Shown: positions 10,301-19,285 of the stretch, piece by piece
Layout: every line of letters begins with the position of its first letter
Numbering within the stretch: the first letter of the stretch is position 1
NCBI GenBank assembly: GCA_021155045.1
Contig: JAJNQB010000019.1
Span: 198,814-262,813 of the forward strand
DNA length: 64,000 nt
Direction: 5' to 3'
Source: Arcticibacter sp.
GTDB lineage: Bacteria; Bacteroidota; Bacteroidia; 2-12-FULL-35-15
Notes under the pieces: generated by a model
The model's database searches: none
What the model saw: only the letters and a program-made list of their open reading frames with translations
Told to the model about the DNA's origin: nothing
Position numbers and translations under genes: made by a program

Positions 10301-10813
10301 TTAGTGGTGTTCTTCTGTATGCGATGCTTCTTTTCCTTCTTCATGTTTTGCATCTTCATGGTGCGTTGCATCGTGATGCTCTTCTCCAGCGTGGGCATTT
10401 AAGTATTCTTTTTGCTCCACAATTTTAGGGTCCATAATGGTTTTGTGTTCTTTCGAATAATTTGCTTCGGCAACACATATATAAACCAAGTACAAAATAA
10501 AAATAGTATATGGTACAATGATCGTATATTTTAAAAACTTTTTTTCATCGCCTAAGTGCATAAATTTATATACGATATAAAATGCTTTTAAAATTGTTAA
10601 GCCAATAAATATCATTTTTAATGTTATTGAAGACGTTCTATCGCCATTTAATAATCCCCATTTAGAAGCATTAAAACCAATGATAAGCTCAACAATAGTA
10701 ATGACTAACATTATCCAGAAAACATTCCAAAGTTTTCTGCGTTTTTTCTTTCCTTCTTCTTCGCTATGATGAGCCATAAACTCATATTGTGGGTAATCAT
10801 CGTGAAATTCCAT
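10301..10813 (-). CDS. Cytochrome c oxidase subunit IV-like membrane protein with His/Glu-rich tails
   Basis: 170 aa with about three TM helices, directly downstream of two subunit III genes. The N- and C-termini are rich in H, E and D. Confidence 0.6.
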   Translation of the reverse strand: MEFHDDYPQYEFMAHHSEEEGKKKRRKLWNVFWIMLVITIVELIIGFNASKWGLLNGDRTSSITLKMIFIGLTILKAFYIVYKFMHLGDEKKFLKYTIIVPYTIFILYLVYICVAEANYSKEHKTIMDPKIVEQKEYLNAHAGEEHHDATHHEDAKHEEGKEASHTEEHH

Positions 10814-10872
10814 ACTTATAAAAATTTAATATGTTATTAGTTAATGTTTTAATTTTAAAAATAAAGTTTCTG

Positions 10873-11595
10873 TTACAATAGATAGAAGAATGTAAATACA
10901 AACACCCAAACCAAATCGACAAAATGCCAGTATAAACCAGTTTTTTCAATCATTTCGTAGTGTCCACGTCTTTCATACGTTCCTTTAATAACATTAATAA
11001 AAATAATAATGTTAATGATTACACCGCTAAATACGTGAAACCCGTGGAAGCCTGTAATAAAGAAAAAGAAGTTTGCAAATACGGGTAATCCATATTCGTT
11101 CACCGTCATGTTGGCTCCATAAATAGTTTCATTTACCCATTGCCCATCTCTGAATACACTACGTATTGCACCGTGGTCTGTTCCAACAATAAAGTGATAC
11201 CATTCCCATGCTTGTGAACCAACGAACATTGCTCCTCCAACAATGGTTAATAGCATCCAAACAATTACTTTCTTTTTATCATTTCGGTGTCCTGCTTCAA
11301 CAGCTAACACCATTGTAACCGAAGACATAATAAGAATCAAGGTCATTAAACCAACATAGGCTAAAGGAATATGGCCTTCATAAAAAGGAAAATGTGTAAA
11401 CACATCGCCTGGGTTGGGCCAAACTTCAGGGTGTTTGTGGCGCATAAATCCATAAGCACATAATAATCCTGAAAACGTTAAGGCATCTGATACAAGAAAA
11501 AACCACATGAATATTTTTCCGTAACTAACGCCAAATGGTGATTTTCCACCACTCCATGGCGAACCTGTTTCTGTTTCTACTGCGTGACTTGACAT
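10873..11595 (-). CDS. Cytochrome c oxidase subunit III
   Basis: 240 aa polytopic protein. Motifs FFFITGFHGFHVFSG and GLYWHFVDLVWVFVF are typical of heme-copper oxidase subunit III. Confidence 0.85.
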   Translation of the reverse strand: MSSHAVETETGSPWSGGKSPFGVSYGKIFMWFFLVSDALTFSGLLCAYGFMRHKHPEVWPNPGDVFTHFPFYEGHIPLAYVGLMTLILIMSSVTMVLAVEAGHRNDKKKVIVWMLLTIVGGAMFVGSQAWEWYHFIVGTDHGAIRSVFRDGQWVNETIYGANMTVNEYGLPVFANFFFFITGFHGFHVFSGVIINIIIFINVIKGTYERRGHYEMIEKTGLYWHFVDLVWVFVFTFFYLL

Positions 11596-11674
11596 AATCT
11601 ATAAATGAATAAACTGATTTTATATTTTTTTAACTGAATTTTCGGGTGCTAATATGCAAAATTTACTTTAATTA

Positions 11675-12262
11675 TCAACGTTGAATTATCAAAAATAAGA
11701 ACAAATAAATCCACAAAACGTCTAAGAAATGCCAAAAAATTGCACAAAGCCTTATGCCTATAAGGTTTTCGGAGTTGTACTTTTCTTGTATAGATTTAAT
11801 CCAAACTATACTAATTGCCAAAATGCCTCCTATTAAATGGGCTAAGTGTAGTCCTGTTAACACATATAAAAATGAACCGGAAGCATTGCTATACATTCCT
11901 GCAAATACTACACGTTGGTCAACCAATGTCCCCCATGCTTTAAACTGGCAATACACAAAAGCCAAACCCAAGATTAAGGTGAGTAATGATGCAATTTTTA
12001 TGTTTTTAAAATTATTGTTTTTAGCTGCTGCTAAAACCCAATTCATGGTGATGCTACTTAATAAAATTATTGCGGTACTGATGTAAAAAAGCTGAGGTAA
12101 TTCAAAATGTAACCAATCTCCTTTTTCTTTTCTAACAATATATGCGCTTGTTAATGACATAAATATCATAAACATACTAATCATAGAAACCCAAAGCAAT
12201 GATTTTTTTGCTTTAGTTTTTATGAGTACTTCATTTTGTTCAGGTTTCCTTGTGGTATCCAT
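11675..12262 (-). CDS. Cytochrome c oxidase subunit III family protein (second copy)
   Basis: 195 aa. Contains LTGLHLAHLIGG and FWHFLDVLWIYLF. Confidence 0.8.
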   Translation of the reverse strand: MDTTRKPEQNEVLIKTKAKKSLLWVSMISMFMIFMSLTSAYIVRKEKGDWLHFELPQLFYISTAIILLSSITMNWVLAAAKNNNFKNIKIASLLTLILGLAFVYCQFKAWGTLVDQRVVFAGMYSNASGSFLYVLTGLHLAHLIGGILAISIVWIKSIQEKYNSENLIGIRLCAIFWHFLDVLWIYLFLFLIIQR

Positions 12263-12273
12263 AATTTTATTTT

Positions 12274-13131
12274 TTATTTTCCAATCATTACTGCTAATTG
12301 AACTACTGGTAAGTATATAAATGAACCAAACATCAATTGACGAGCGGCTTCGATAGTTAAGTCTCGGTATAATTTATATGCTTGCCAAAGAAAAAACAGG
12401 CTGCAAAATGAAATTATAATTGCAGTAATTGGTCCTGCCATGTGAAACATTACAGGGAATAAACTTATAGGGTATAAAAACAAGGTGTAAACCAACACTT
12501 GAAAAGCACTACTTTTATCTCTTCCTCCGTTAGATGGAAGCATTTGAAATCCGGCTTTTTTATAGTCGTCATCTAGCACCCAAGCTATTGCCCAGAAATG
12601 AGGAAATTGCCAAATAAATTGCGTAGCAAAAAGTAACCAAGCGGCAAACTCAATCGAGCCAAAACCTTCGGTTGATGCAACATGCCCTAATAATGGCGGA
12701 ATTGCACCAGGGAAAGCTCCAACAAAAACTGCAAATGGTGTTTTTAATTTTAAAGGGGTATAAACAAAGGTGTAGAGTATAAGGGCTAATAATCCTAATA
12801 TTCCACTTAGCGGATTTATAAAAACAGCAAGAATAGTAACTCCAATTATGCCAGTAGCAGCGGCTACTATAGTAGCTTCGTTCACACTCATTCTGTTTTG
12901 TGGTAAAGGACGGTTTTGTGTGCGAGTCATTAATTTATCCAAATCTCTTTCCAAAATTTGGTTGAATCCATTGGAAGAACCAGTAACTAAAAATCCACCT
13001 AAAATTAATAACAACATTTTAGTCCAATCAACTTCAGAAGAGCCAATAACAAAACCTATTGCTGCAGAAAGCACAACTAATGAAGCCAATCTTAATTTAA
13101 TGAATTGAGCGTAATCGCGTATTTTGCTCAT
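12274..13131 (-). CDS. cyoE: Protoheme IX farnesyltransferase (heme O synthase)
   Basis: UbiA-family polytopic protein (NQILERDLD, DDDYKKAGF). I prefer the ATG at 13131 (MSKIRDYAQFIKL...). The ORF-track TTG at 13176 is the alternative. Confidence 0.9.
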   Translation of the reverse strand: MSKIRDYAQFIKLRLASLVVLSAAIGFVIGSSEVDWTKMLLLILGGFLVTGSSNGFNQILERDLDKLMTRTQNRPLPQNRMSVNEATIVAAATGIIGVTILAVFINPLSGILGLLALILYTFVYTPLKLKTPFAVFVGAFPGAIPPLLGHVASTEGFGSIEFAAWLLFATQFIWQFPHFWAIAWVLDDDYKKAGFQMLPSNGGRDKSSAFQVLVYTLFLYPISLFPVMFHMAGPITAIIISFCSLFFLWQAYKLYRDLTIEAARQLMFGSFIYLPVVQLAVMIGK

Positions 13132-13330
13132 CGAGGATGTATTTTTTTCTGCTGTATTTAATTCTTCGGCAATCAATTTTTGTTGATTTTTTTAAGCGAG
13201 TACAATGTTACCAAATATTATGGTATTGAAAAAGGATAAAATTAAAAATTAGATGATTTATATTTTTTTAAAGACAAAGTAGCTAGAGTTATACTGAATT
13301 TATTTTCAGTATCGTCCTTATAAGAGGGAA

Positions 13331-13381
13331 ATAATATTTTGCAGATTCTGATACAAATTTAGAATGACTGCAAAATATTAT
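13331..13381 (-). terminator. Long hairpin downstream of the S8 peptidase gene
   Basis: Perfect 14-nt inverted repeat ataatattttgcag / ctgcaaaatattat around a 23-nt spacer. The spacer itself carries attct/agaat. Confidence 0.45.
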
Positions 13382-13395
13382 GAGGATGTTTTCAA

Positions 13396-14979
13396 TTATT
13401 TCTTTTTAGGGCTAATTCCCATTAATTTCATTACAGCATTATTTGCATTTAAGAATCCTCCTGAAACACATAAATCAGCAACTTTTTTCTTGTTTTTAGT
13501 GCCTGGTACTGTAACTTCTTTTTCGTAAGTAACTACTGTTTGCATAAGTATATTGCGTACTTCTTCTGCTTTTAATTCAGGAAAATATGCGCGAATAATA
13601 GCTGCTACGCCAGCTGTGCTTGGTGCTGCCATGCTTGTTCCGGATTCATAAATGTATTTATTGTTGTCAGGAACAGTGGAATAAATATCTACACCTGGAG
13701 CAAATAAATCAACTTTCGTTTTTCCATAATTTGAAAACGAACCAATAATGTTACTACCTGCTTTGTATCCACTTGCTCCAACTTCAATCCAATTGCTTGC
13801 AATCGTTTTATTGTCTAATTCTCTTGTTGGATAAGATATCTCTACATCTTTATCTTTTGATTCGTTTCCAGCAGCGTGTATCAATAGTACATCTTTTGAT
13901 TTAGCATATTCAATAGCTTCGTCAACTAAATTTTTTTCTGGAGAATAATACTTTCCAAAACTCATATTAATAATAGTAGCACCGTTATCAACAGCATAAC
14001 GAATTGCATTTGCCACATCTTTATCACGCTCATCGCCATTGGGTACTGCACGTACAGGCATAATTATAACATTGTTTGCTATTCCGTCAATTCCTATTTT
14101 ATTGTTTCTGCTTGCGGCAATAATTCCTGCAACATGTGTTCCGTGTAAGGCATCTGGTCCTTTAACTCGGTTGCAACCATAAAAACGATTTGTAAAATTT
14201 GCAGGGTCATCACCAACAGTATATTGGCGAACGGAATCCATGTTCATTTCATTGTATTTTACCATGTTTCCATAAACATCAATTCCTTGTTTTATTTGGT
14301 CTTCTAGTTCTTCGGGTTTTAGTCCAAAAGTGAAAGCGAGTTTCAATCCTTTTTTCATTCTCGTTTCCATTTCATTTTCTGGCTTGTATTTTTTTAAGGC
14401 TTTTTTATTTAAAACACCATTATTTGCAGCTTTTGCTTTTTGCATATAAGCGCTTACCATATACAACGACATCAATTGTTGTTTTTTGTCTTCTTGGTCG
14501 GTTAAAAATTCATTTTTAATCTTTTTATAATATTCATATTCACTCTTATCGGCACTTGTTTTTAATTTTGTAGTGTCTTTAAAAGCGTACATTTTATTCA
14601 TTTTTTGGTAAATACGAGCAAGTTCCGTTGCTTCATAATTTATATCTCCATTGTTGCCACCTAAAAAACTCCATCCATGCACATCGTCAATATACCCATT
14701 TTTATCATCGTCTATTCCATTGTCAGGGATTTCTCCAGGGTTAGTCCAAATAACATCTTTTAAGTCTTCGTGCTCAATATCAACGCCACTATCAATAACA
14801 GCGACAATCACTTTTTTTGATTCTTTATTACCTAATGTTTTATATGCTTCCTCTGCGCCAGTTCCATATATTTTATTAGCCATTGGGTCTTTTGTTTGCC
14901 AGTTTTCAGGGGTTTTCTTTTGGGCAAATACCGAAATGGAAAGAGAAAATAATCCTACTAAAAATAATTTTTTGTTCAT
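13396..14979 (-). CDS. S8 family (subtilisin-like) serine peptidase, secreted
   Basis: 527 aa with a signal peptide. Catalytic triad contexts are VIDSGVD, HGTHVAG and GTSMAAP. Confidence 0.9.
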   Translation of the reverse strand: MNKKLFLVGLFSLSISVFAQKKTPENWQTKDPMANKIYGTGAEEAYKTLGNKESKKVIVAVIDSGVDIEHEDLKDVIWTNPGEIPDNGIDDDKNGYIDDVHGWSFLGGNNGDINYEATELARIYQKMNKMYAFKDTTKLKTSADKSEYEYYKKIKNEFLTDQEDKKQQLMSLYMVSAYMQKAKAANNGVLNKKALKKYKPENEMETRMKKGLKLAFTFGLKPEELEDQIKQGIDVYGNMVKYNEMNMDSVRQYTVGDDPANFTNRFYGCNRVKGPDALHGTHVAGIIAASRNNKIGIDGIANNVIIMPVRAVPNGDERDKDVANAIRYAVDNGATIINMSFGKYYSPEKNLVDEAIEYAKSKDVLLIHAAGNESKDKDVEISYPTRELDNKTIASNWIEVGASGYKAGSNIIGSFSNYGKTKVDLFAPGVDIYSTVPDNNKYIYESGTSMAAPSTAGVAAIIRAYFPELKAEEVRNILMQTVVTYEKEVTVPGTKNKKKVADLCVSGGFLNANNAVMKLMGISPKKK

Positions 14980-15102
14980 TTTATAAATGTATTAGAATTG
15001 CGAAAATAAACATATTTGTTAGAACTGTAACGATTATTGGACACATAACATCTGAAAATTTACATAACAGGTAAAATTGAACCACAAACGGTTTTTTATT
15101 AT

Positions 15103-15110
15103 TAATTTTG
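15103..15110 (+). promoter_or_regulatory. Bacteroidota -7 box (TAATTTTG) upstream of the SCO gene
   Basis: Exact TAnnTTTG match 8 nt before the ATG at 15118, implying a very short leader. Confidence 0.4.
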
Positions 15111-15117
15111 CAGCATT

Positions 15118-15807
15118 ATGTCGTTAAAAAAGAAAATCATTATCCTATTGTTTTTGCTTACTTTTCCTTCAGTATTTTATGTATTGTTAACAACAGGAAA
15201 ACACAATTTTATTCATCTTCCTTATTTTGGACCAAAAGAGCTTGCAAGTAATGGGAAAGATACTATTTATCACAGTATTTCAAACTTTAGCTTTACAAAT
15301 CAAGATGGGAAAACGATAACAGAAAAAGATTATGAAGGCAAGATTTATGTGGTCGATTATTTTTTTACTACCTGCCAAAGTATTTGCCCTAAAATGGCTA
15401 CAGAGCTTCAACGTGTTCAGGAAAAATTTGGATATACAAAAGGTTTAGTTCAGGTATTATCGCATACAGTAAATCCAGAAAACGATTCTGTTCCAGTGTT
15501 AAGAGCATACTCCGATATGGTCCATGCTGATAATACAATGTGGAGTTTTGTTACGGGAGATAAAAAACAATTGTATGATATGGCTAGGTACAGTTATTTT
15601 TTAAATGCATTAGAAGGTGGTGATGGAGGCCCAGATGATTTTATCCATAGCGAATTATTTGTGCTTATCGACAAAGAAAAACACATTAGAGGAATTTATG
15701 ATGGCACCAACATTAAAGCGGTAAATGATTTATTAGACGACATAAAAGTATTAATGGCAGAATATGCCATTAAGGAAACAAAAGAAAAAAACAAAAGAGA
15801 TAAATAA
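15118..15807 (+). CDS. SCO family copper chaperone / thiol-disulfide protein
   Basis: 229 aa with a TM anchor. Thioredoxin fold with the FFTTCQSICP CxxxC motif and a downstream His. It sits in the cox assembly neighbourhood. Confidence 0.9.
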   Translation: MSLKKKIIILLFLLTFPSVFYVLLTTGKHNFIHLPYFGPKELASNGKDTIYHSISNFSFTNQDGKTITEKDYEGKIYVVDYFFTTCQSICPKMATELQRVQEKFGYTKGLVQVLSHTVNPENDSVPVLRAYSDMVHADNTMWSFVTGDKKQLYDMARYSYFLNALEGGDGGPDDFIHSELFVLIDKEKHIRGIYDGTNIKAVNDLLDDIKVLMAEYAIKETKEKNKRDK

Positions 15808-15811
15808 ATTT

Positions 15812-16348
15812 ATGATTAACAACGATAAGTTAGTTTTTAGAATAGTAATGGCTTTATCTGTTATTGTGTTTGTTGCGGTGATAATTTTAAATAAAAAAAT
15901 ACTTCCTGTCCCCGAAGTAATTCCCGATTTTGTGTATAAACTTCCTAAGTTAAATGCTATGATTAATGGAACTTGTAGCTTACTTCTTTTGTTGTCATTG
16001 TATATGATTAAACAAAAAAACATTCAAGTACATAAAAAAATAAACATCATTGCATTTTGTTTGTCGGCAGTATTTTTGGTTTCTTACATTACATATCATT
16101 GGATGATGCCAGAAACAACTTTTCCTTTGAACAATCCATTGCGCCCAGTTTATTTAATTATTTTAATTAGTCATATTGTATTAGCAGCATTGGTGTTGCC
16201 ACTGATATTATTGTCGTTTCACAAGGGTTTGCAAAATCAAGTAGAAAAACATAAAAAGCTGGTGCGTTGGAGTTTTCCAATTTGGTTGTATGTTACGATA
16301 ACAGGAGTAATCGTTTATTTGATGATTTCGCCTTATTATCCATTTTAA
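15812..16348 (+). CDS. DUF420 family membrane protein
   Basis: Four-TM protein. The ATG at 15812 sits just after the SCO stop and is preferred over the overlapping ORF-track start at 15764. Confidence 0.8.
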   Translation: MINNDKLVFRIVMALSVIVFVAVIILNKKILPVPEVIPDFVYKLPKLNAMINGTCSLLLLLSLYMIKQKNIQVHKKINIIAFCLSAVFLVSYITYHWMMPETTFPLNNPLRPVYLIILISHIVLAALVLPLILLSFHKGLQNQVEKHKKLVRWSFPIWLYVTITGVIVYLMISPYYPF

Positions 16349-16367
16349 TTTTTAAAAATTTGTTGTA

Positions 16368-16640
16368 ATGAAATTTAAAAACAAAATAATTTATTTAAGT
16401 ATTTTCTTGTTTATGTTTATTATAAATAATACTGCCAGTGCACAATGTGCTATGTGTAGAGCAACATCCGAAAGCGATTTAAGTGAAGGGGGTTCAATAG
16501 CTAAAGGTTTAAATACAGGAATACTTTATTTGATGGCTGTGCCTTATTTGATTCTAATGATTGGTGGATATTTCTTTTTTAAAAAACCTATCGATGCTAA
16601 GTTAAAACAATGGAAAAATAAATTTTTTCATTCTACTTAA
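16368..16640 (+). CDS. Small exported/membrane protein with a CAMC motif
   Basis: 90 aa: signal peptide, QCAMCRATSE immediately after the predicted cleavage site, then one TM helix. It is the last gene of the SCO-DUF420 unit. Confidence 0.55.
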   Translation: MKFKNKIIYLSIFLFMFIINNTASAQCAMCRATSESDLSEGGSIAKGLNTGILYLMAVPYLILMIGGYFFFKKPIDAKLKQWKNKFFHST

Positions 16641-17682
16641 TGGTTTTTAATTTCTCTTTTGCACGTTCAGCGTAAAATCCATTTTCTGATTCAATTTTTT
16701 CTAGTATTTTTTTCCCTTTTTCTATTTCGTTATTTTTTAAATAGCATATAGCTAAATGCCAATTAGTTTCTTCTCTGAAAGCATTTGAATGAATGGACAA
16801 AGTTTTTTCAAAATGTTTAATTGCTTTATCGTAATCATTCAAATTGTAGTTTGCAATTCCACTATAGAATAGCGCATTTATATCAGAACTATTATAATTA
16901 AGTAATTTGTTAAATTGAACGATGGCTTTTTCAAAATGAGATAGATTTAATTCTTCAATAGCATTATTTAGTATCGCAATTAAAGTTATTGTTTCTTTTT
17001 CACCTTGCTCATTTAATTCTATCATCGCATCTTTGTTTTCTATGAATGGAGGCAATCCTAAAAACGTTTTTTCTTGTTTTCTTGGTTTAAAATAAAGGCT
17101 GGAATAATTTGCAATTTTGCAATTATGTAGATAGAAATCAGAAGAGGAATAGACAGTTTTTAAACTATTTTTTGAATGATATATTTTATCGTTTAGATTG
17201 TTAATTTTTATTGGATTAATTTCATTTGGAACTTCAGTTTTGTTTTGTGTTTCAATTGTTTTTTTATTTGAAATGCGTTGTGCTTTAATTGCAGGGGTTA
17301 TTTTGTTTTCGATAAGAACAGGAGAAATTATTTTTTCTGTAGTCTTATTTTTTTCAATTGAAATTATCTGTTTGGTTGCAATAGGAGTTTTGTTGTTAAA
17401 GGAATTGGAATAGAAATAAAAAATAAAAATGAATGCAACAGAAAACACAACAATCAAAGCTTTTGCAAAAGTTAATGAATTTACTTTTGTCTTTTTATCA
17501 ACGATAGAATCTATGGCAACAACTTCATTGATACTAAAAGGAGCACTAGCAAATCCATTAACTGCAAAAGCGCAAAGTTCACATGATAACATGTGATTAT
17601 ATATTTTTTCACGCTCCAAAATAGTATTCGTATTTTTTGAGTAACGTTCAATTTGATTATATGTAAGACAAGAAGTATTCAT
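16633..17682 (-). CDS. Anti-sigma factor (ZAS-type HxxxCxxC) with TM helix and C-terminal TPR domain
   Basis: 349 aa. HMLSCELC near the N-terminus, a TM segment (ALIVVFSVAFIFIFYF) and TPR-like repeats at the C-terminus. It lies immediately downstream of the ECF sigma gene. Confidence 0.65.
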   Translation of the reverse strand: MNTSCLTYNQIERYSKNTNTILEREKIYNHMLSCELCAFAVNGFASAPFSINEVVAIDSIVDKKTKVNSLTFAKALIVVFSVAFIFIFYFYSNSFNNKTPIATKQIISIEKNKTTEKIISPVLIENKITPAIKAQRISNKKTIETQNKTEVPNEINPIKINNLNDKIYHSKNSLKTVYSSSDFYLHNCKIANYSSLYFKPRKQEKTFLGLPPFIENKDAMIELNEQGEKETITLIAILNNAIEELNLSHFEKAIVQFNKLLNYNSSDINALFYSGIANYNLNDYDKAIKHFEKTLSIHSNAFREETNWHLAICYLKNNEIEKGKKILEKIESENGFYAERAKEKLKTIK

Positions 17683-17695
17683 TTTTTAGGGATGT

Positions 17696-18265
17696 TTATT
17701 TTAATTCGTCCATTAATAATTTCAAATTTCTTTTTCCATTTTGGATATAACTTTTTACTTCATTGACGCTATAGCCTGTTAAGTTTACAATTTGAGTGTA
17801 TGACATGTTTTTATAATAAAACAATTCAATACATTTTTTTTGGAAAGGATTTAAATTTTCTAAAGCTTTTTCAAGTTTATTATATTCTATCTCTTTTTCT
17901 TCTTCGTTGTGTTCATCTATTATTAAGCTGTTTTTTTGTTCGTAAGCATATTCAATATTTCTGTTTTGTTGCGTCTGTGATTTTCTTATTTCTGAAATAC
18001 AATGGTTGCGTACCACAAATGTCAGCCAAGCCTTAAAATTTTCCACTTCTCGTTTTTTGAGTTCAACAAAAAGCTTTTCAAAAATTTGTATCACTTCATC
18101 TTTAGCCACATCTTTATCTTTAAAATAATGAATGCACATTCCTAAAACTAAATGTGTGTAACGTTTATAAAGTTCCCCAACGTATTCTTTATTGTGGCTT
18201 CTTTTATATTCATTAACCAATTCGTTGTCGGCTAAATGACTGAATTTTGAAGTAGCATTATTCAT
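17696..18265 (-). CDS. ECF (sigma-70 family) RNA polymerase sigma factor
   Basis: 189 aa. Region 2 (FKAWLTFVVRNHCISEIRK) and region 4 HTH (MSYTQIVNLTGYSVNEVKSYIQNGKRNLK). Confidence 0.9.
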   Translation of the reverse strand: MNNATSKFSHLADNELVNEYKRSHNKEYVGELYKRYTHLVLGMCIHYFKDKDVAKDEVIQIFEKLFVELKKREVENFKAWLTFVVRNHCISEIRKSQTQQNRNIEYAYEQKNSLIIDEHNEEEKEIEYNKLEKALENLNPFQKKCIELFYYKNMSYTQIVNLTGYSVNEVKSYIQNGKRNLKLLMDELK

Positions 18266-18299
18266 AATTCACTTTTTTGATGTTATCCGGAATCGGTTC

Positions 18300-18313
18300 T
18301 TGAACTAAAGACG
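18300..18313. repeat. Left arm of a 14-nt inverted repeat TTGAACTAAAGACG
   Basis: Its exact reverse complement occurs at 18441-18454, in the divergent sigma / plug-protein intergenic region. Confidence 0.8.
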
Positions 18314-18440
18314 AAATTTTGATTCAGATTCCATAAGTTTTTACTATCAAAAAAAATATTTGTTAGCAGGAATGAGTAAGTGGCGGTTTTTTTAAAATAA
18401 GTGGTTTTTTAGTTTTATTATGGAAATTCTTTTTTTTAAA

Positions 18441-18454
18441 CGTCTTTAGTTCAA
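18441..18454. repeat. Right arm of the 14-nt inverted repeat (CGTCTTTAGTTCAA)
   Basis: Exact reverse complement of 18300-18313. The arms are 127 nt apart. Confidence 0.8.
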
Positions 18455-18485
18455 ATCAAAAAAATTAATCTTAAAAATAAATGCT

Positions 18486-19271
18486 ATGAAAACCTTTAAA
18501 AAATTATTTGTTATTGCAATTGGAATAATTTCAATAACAGCAAATGCACAAAGTACCGGCTCTATAAAAGGAACTATCACAAATGAAAAGAATGAAGCAA
18601 TGCCTTTTGTTGCAATTGGTTTATTGGAAGACAGTACCATTGTAAAGTCAGCACAAACTGATGTTAATGGAGATTTTACATTTCGTCAGCTAACACCAGG
18701 TAAATATACCGTTAGAATTCAAACAATGGGTTATAAAACAAAAAATGTGCAAGGAGTTGAAGTGGTTGCTGACGAGATAGCATATATATATAAAACATTA
18801 AAAGAAAATGCTGATACATTGAATACGGTGGAAGTTTTTGAATTTTGGGATAGCCCAATAATAGTATCTAAGTTTTCTAATGTTAAAGCAATTCGCATAG
18901 ACCAAATTGAGCAGAATGCTTTACCAAAAAATGATATCATTGGAATTATCGCAACATTGAGTCCAAGTGTAATGCCAACCAATGATGGAAAAGATTTATA
19001 TGTGAGAGGTTCACGCAGAGGAACTACTGCTTATTATATTGATGGGAACAAAACATTTGGACCAGAAATGACAGCAGGAATGGGAATTGCCAGCATGGAA
19101 GTAATAACAGGTGGAGTGCCTGCTGAATATGGTGATGCAACAGGTGGTTTTGTTATCGTAAATACCAAAGATTATTTATGGGAGATGAAAAGAAATAATG
19201 TAAAAAATGAAAACAAAAAACATTCTGAAGAAAATAAATCATCTACAATAAGTTCTGATGATGGTAACTAA
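18486..19271 (+). CDS. CarboxypepD_reg + TonB-dependent-receptor plug domains without a barrel
   Basis: 261 aa: signal peptide, GSIKGTITNE...VNGDFTF...GKYTV (carboxypeptidase regulatory-like fold), then plug motifs LYVRGSR...YYIDG and GGVPAEYGDATGGFVIVNTK, then a short K/N/S-rich tail. Confidence 0.75.
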   Translation: MKTFKKLFVIAIGIISITANAQSTGSIKGTITNEKNEAMPFVAIGLLEDSTIVKSAQTDVNGDFTFRQLTPGKYTVRIQTMGYKTKNVQGVEVVADEIAYIYKTLKENADTLNTVEVFEFWDSPIIVSKFSNVKAIRIDQIEQNALPKNDIIGIIATLSPSVMPTNDGKDLYVRGSRRGTTAYYIDGNKTFGPEMTAGMGIASMEVITGGVPAEYGDATGGFVIVNTKDYLWEMKRNNVKNENKKHSEENKSSTISSDDGN

Positions 19272-19285
19272 ATAGTTGTTATTTT

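Noticed and set aside
15764-15811. ORF-track N-terminal extension of the DUF420 gene, overlapping the SCO gene by 44 nt.
   Set aside because: The ATG at 15812, right after the SCO stop, gives a normal N-terminus (MINNDKLVF...). The extension is K-rich read-through of the SCO 3' end.
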